NCBI GenBank assembly: GCA_963842085.1
Contig: CAWJET010000002.1
Location: forward strand, 992,001-1,056,000
Length of the DNA stretch: 64,000 bases
DNA from: an uncultured delta proteobacterium
GTDB taxonomy: Bacteria > Desulfobacterota > Binatia > Binatales > Binataceae
Direction: 5' to 3'
Shown: one piece after another, positions 60,632 through 64,000 of the stretch
Position numbering within the stretch: position 1 is the first letter of the stretch
How the letters are laid out: every line of letters starts with the position of its first letter
Program-made: the position numbers and the translations under genes
The notes under the pieces: generated by a model
Databases searched by the model: none
Seen by the model: the letters and a program-made list of their open reading frames with translations, nothing else
What the model was told of the DNA's origin: nothing

Positions 60632-60972
60632 TTCGGGTTGTTGATCGCCAGAGCGTCGCTGAGAGATTGGCGTACGTGCGCACGCAAAGCAGGATCGTCA
60701 ATCGCAATCGCTCCAGCGCGGATTCGCTCCGCCAGCTCAACACTCAGAGCCTCGACGTCGCCGTCATGACCGAGCATGGCGATCAGCCTCGCGCGCTCGG
60801 CCTGTGCCTGGGCGCCGCGCAGCTCCAGCTCGCGGCGCACGGTGTTGAGCACGTTGACGGTGACGCGCGTCTGGAAGCGATGATAGCCGTCGAGCGTCGG
60901 CATCAGCTCGGTTTCCAGGTATTTGACCGCGGCCTCGAGCAGAACGGCGGCCTTCGGGATACTCTGTGGCAT
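60616..60972 (-). CDS. DUF6285-like small protein (LvaB-like)
   Basis: LLEA...L..E..P...FQTRV..N.L..V.REL...L...IRAG...LAINNPKW. Confidence 0.75.
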   Translation of the reverse strand: MPQSIPKAAVLLEAAVKYLETELMPTLDGYHRFQTRVTVNVLNTVRRELELRGAQAQAERARLIAMLGHDGDVEALSVELAERIRAGAIAIDDPALRAHVRQSLSDALAINNPKWLTR

Positions 60973-61008
60973 AGTCAGTCCTATAGTCAGTTCACGAATC
61001 TCGATTAG

Positions 61009-62013
61009 TCAGTCGCAGCCTTCGATCAGATTGAGAAAATCCCACAGCGGCTCTTCGACTCGGCGGCCGATTGCGCAGCGTTCTACGCCAACTTCTTCGA
61101 TCCCGCGAGTGCCCATGCTGAGGCATCCAATACCCCAGCGCACGCTCCCGTATGCTTCCCAGAAGCGCACATGGGCTGGATCGACACTCAGTCCGGTGGC
61201 CTTCTCGTAAGCCTCGAACAGGTCCTCGCGCGTGCCGAAGCCGCCGACCGGCAGTTTGCCGCCGAATCGCCACGTCTTGACGCATAACCATCCCAGGTCC
61301 TGCATCGGATCGCCGCTCTGCCCTATTTCCCAATCCAGCACGCAGCGGATACCTTGCTCGCCGACGATAAAGTTGCCCGCGCGGAAGTCGCCGTGCACCA
61401 CGGTATGGCGCGTGCTTCGCGGAGCGTGTTGTTCCGCCCACTTGAGCCCCAGCTCGAGCGCCGGCGAATGAAATCCCAGGTACTCGATGATTCTGCGCTG
61501 GGCCGCGATGTGTTCGGCCGGTGTCAGCTTCATCAGGAACGGAACTTCGGCGACCGGAATGCGATGAATGGCCGCGAGGATCGCGCCGCACTGCTTCGCC
61601 ATCGTGGCGCGCGCGCCGGCGAAGCGTTCTTCGCGCAGGATGCGCGTCGCCAGTGTCTCTCCCGCCACCCTCTCGGTGACGTAGCCGGGGCCGAGCCCGT
61701 CGTCCGGTTTCAAGATCGCGCGCACTCGCGGCGCCGGAACGCCGGCCTTGACCGCTGCGATCATCAGCCGCGCGTCTTCATCAGCGGTCAGATGCGGCGA
61801 GACGCCCGCCAGCGGATTGCCTTCGTCGTTGGCGCGGGGGCTTGCCAGTTGCAGGATGAATTGCGCGCGCGCACCCGCGACGTCCGCATCGAACGACCAG
61901 GTCGTTTTGTTGGCTCCGCCGGTGAGTCGTTGCAGGTCGTGAATTGTGCCGGGCGAGCCGACGTGACGCGCGATGGCGACTTGCAAGCGCGCGGCGAAAT
62001 CTTCGCTGCTCAT
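61009..62013 (-). CDS. APH-family phosphotransferase (LvaA / ACAD10-11 kinase-like)
   Basis: LTGGA, VHGDFRAGN, LDWE, GDPMQDLGW. Confidence 0.88.
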   Translation of the reverse strand: MSSEDFAARLQVAIARHVGSPGTIHDLQRLTGGANKTTWSFDADVAGARAQFILQLASPRANDEGNPLAGVSPHLTADEDARLMIAAVKAGVPAPRVRAILKPDDGLGPGYVTERVAGETLATRILREERFAGARATMAKQCGAILAAIHRIPVAEVPFLMKLTPAEHIAAQRRIIEYLGFHSPALELGLKWAEQHAPRSTRHTVVHGDFRAGNFIVGEQGIRCVLDWEIGQSGDPMQDLGWLCVKTWRFGGKLPVGGFGTREDLFEAYEKATGLSVDPAHVRFWEAYGSVRWGIGCLSMGTRGIEEVGVERCAIGRRVEEPLWDFLNLIEGCD

Positions 62014-62035
62014 GTAAGTCTCGCGCGCGAACGCT

Positions 62036-63310
62036 TCATTCTTCGGCCGGCTTTCGGTCCTTGAAAAATCCGAACAGGTACTGCGCCACGCGCCGCATCT
62101 GGATTTCCTCCGAGCCCTCGGTGATGCGATAGCGCCGGTGATGCCGGAAAATATGCTCGAACGGCTTATGCCGCGAGTATCCGATCGCGCCATGCACCTG
62201 CATCGCGCGGTCCGCGGCCTCGCACACCAGCCGGTTCGCGCGGTAGTTGCACATCGCGACCTTGTCGGAGAGTTTGAGCGCGACCTCGGGCTTCGACATC
62301 TGATCCATCTGCCAGGCGGTCTTGTAGATGAGATTGCGGATCATCTCGGCTTCGGTGTGCAGCTCGACCAGCGGCCATTGAATAGCCTGGTTGGTCGCGA
62401 GCGGTTTGCCGAACGGCTTGCGCTGCTTGGCGTACTTCACGCTCTCGTTGATGCAATATTGCGCCGCGCCCAACGAACCGGCCGCCTGCCGAATCCGATT
62501 CTCGTGGACGAAGTGCTGCGCGACTGCGAGCCCGTTTTCCGGATCGCCAAGAATTGCGTCGGCCGGCACGGCGACATCGGTCAGCGAGACGCGCGGGTGA
62601 TCGGTCGGCATGTTGAAGGTCCACAAATATTCTTCGACCTTGAAGCCCGCGCTCCTGGTCGGAACGATAAAGCAGGTGATGCCGCGCGGGCTGCCGTCTT
62701 TGCCGCTGGTGCGCGCGAACACAAAATCGTGGGTGGCGACGTGCAGGCCGGTGTTCCACATCTTGGCGCCGGTGATTCGCCAGTGATCGCCGTCGCGAAC
62801 GCCGCGCGTCTCCATCCAGGTTGCGTCGGAGCCGTGATCGGGCTCGGTGAGTCCGAACGCGATACGCATTGAGCCGTCCAGGATCTTCGGAATGAATTCC
62901 TTCTTTTGCTGTTCGTTGCCGAAGTCGCGGAACATCAGCACCGTCGGCAGATTGCCGACGATCGAGCTTTCGTTTTGCAGATCGTTGTGCAGTCCGAGTC
63001 CTTTGGCTGCCAGGTACTCGCGGATAATTGCCATCGCGAGGTTGGTGCCGTCCCTGCCGCCGTATTCTCTTGGCAGCGCGTAGCGGTAGTGGCCGGCCTT
63101 GTCGGCGCGCCGACGCATCTCGCCGAGCAGCGCCTCCCATTCATGGCGCGGCAGGCCGTCGCGCTCGAAGTCGGTGCGCGCCCATTCGCGGCGATGATCA
63201 AAGAAACGGATGTTGTCGTTCTCGCGCTCGAGCGGCTCGATCTCTTTCTCGATGAAGACGTCCAGTTCCTTCAGATAGGCGGTGACATCTGCGGGAATAT
63301 TAAAATCCAC
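62036..63310 (-). CDS. Acyl-CoA dehydrogenase (LvaC-like)
   Basis: FGLTEPDHGSDA, GAKMW, RYRITEGSEEIQ. Confidence 0.9.
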   Translation of the reverse strand: MDFNIPADVTAYLKELDVFIEKEIEPLERENDNIRFFDHRREWARTDFERDGLPRHEWEALLGEMRRRADKAGHYRYALPREYGGRDGTNLAMAIIREYLAAKGLGLHNDLQNESSIVGNLPTVLMFRDFGNEQQKKEFIPKILDGSMRIAFGLTEPDHGSDATWMETRGVRDGDHWRITGAKMWNTGLHVATHDFVFARTSGKDGSPRGITCFIVPTRSAGFKVEEYLWTFNMPTDHPRVSLTDVAVPADAILGDPENGLAVAQHFVHENRIRQAAGSLGAAQYCINESVKYAKQRKPFGKPLATNQAIQWPLVELHTEAEMIRNLIYKTAWQMDQMSKPEVALKLSDKVAMCNYRANRLVCEAADRAMQVHGAIGYSRHKPFEHIFRHHRRYRITEGSEEIQMRRVAQYLFGFFKDRKPAEE

Positions 63311-63892
63311 GGCGTTTCTCCTCAGGCGATCACGTTATGTGCGAGGCGTACCAGAGTGCGGTTGCGAACGGAAGCAGAATCAATACCGATCGGTATGTGC
63401 GGGGCCGGCCCCGCACCCACTGAAATTGGGCCGTGCTCCGGCCGCGCGCTGCTTCGTCGCGCTACGGCGGTTATCAACTTCGACGAAGGAGCGCGTTCAA
63501 TATGGTGCGCCAGCTGAAGCGATCCGAACGATGTTAGATTTTCCATTGCAAGGAACCGCAGAGGCGGTTGCGATCGGGCTAAATTGGGAGGATTTTCGTG
63601 TGAATTCGTGTCGATTTCGTTGTCGAATTCCGCGCAAGTGAGATCGGCGGAAAGTGCGATTTCCACAATATGCTGTGGTTCATGAACAGGCATACCACTA
63701 TCGGTGGCTTCGTTCCGTCAAATTTATTTTTCTGGGCGCAGAAGTGGAAGTGCGGGTTATGACGGCTGGGACGTGTTTTGTTTCTGATGACGATTAGCTA
63801 TCGTCATGGTGTAATTTATAACAGATTGTGAGCAGGCGCGTAAGAGATGGAAGATCAATCCGCGAGGGAGTCACGAGGCTCGCGGACAGACG

Positions 63893-64000
63893 CCCTAACC
63901 CCTAGCCCCTTCCCCAGGAATGGGGAAGGGGAAACGGAACACTTGTGGGATCGTGCTGTCCTATCCCCCTGGCCCCCTTTCCAGATGGAAAGGGGGAACC
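63893..64000. repeat. Two family B hairpin repeats
   Basis: CCCTAACCCCTAGCCCCTTCCCC...GGGGAAGGGG and CCTATCCCCCTGGCCCCCTTTCC-AGAT-GGAAAGGGGGAAC. Confidence 0.8.

Overview
GC-rich bacterial chromosome segment; gene content resembles Candidatus Binatota or deltaproteobacteria-like soil bacteria (inference only). Core genes: the start of the dcw cluster (mraZ, partial rsmH, MraZ boxes), a NarL/HisKA_3 two-component pair, UPF0182, many acyl-CoA/lipid catabolic enzymes, PPi-PFK, gloA, an H+-PPase, and tig-clpP-clpX-lon-HU-tRNA-Val. Accessory parts: (1) an 8.5 kb capsid-less phage-satellite (PICI-like) element in tRNA-Val, with a 50-bp att duplication, integrase, xis, Prim-Pol/helicase, a TerS-like gene, iteron arrays at both ends and a candidate anti-Shine-Dalgarno small RNA; (2) a ~4.2 kb island with two HEPN-like genes and an intact IS3, bracketed by identical inverted 25-bp palindromic repeats; (3) a membrane glycosylation-like locus whose YfhO-like gene is broken by a 119-bp MITE, next to an apparently circularly permuted LamG protein; (4) an orphan, degenerate BrxC/DUF6079-like ATPase; (5) several REP-like repeat families; (6) an lvaABC-like cluster. 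No CRISPR array or rRNA was seen. All family assignments come from motif recognition by eye, not database searches.
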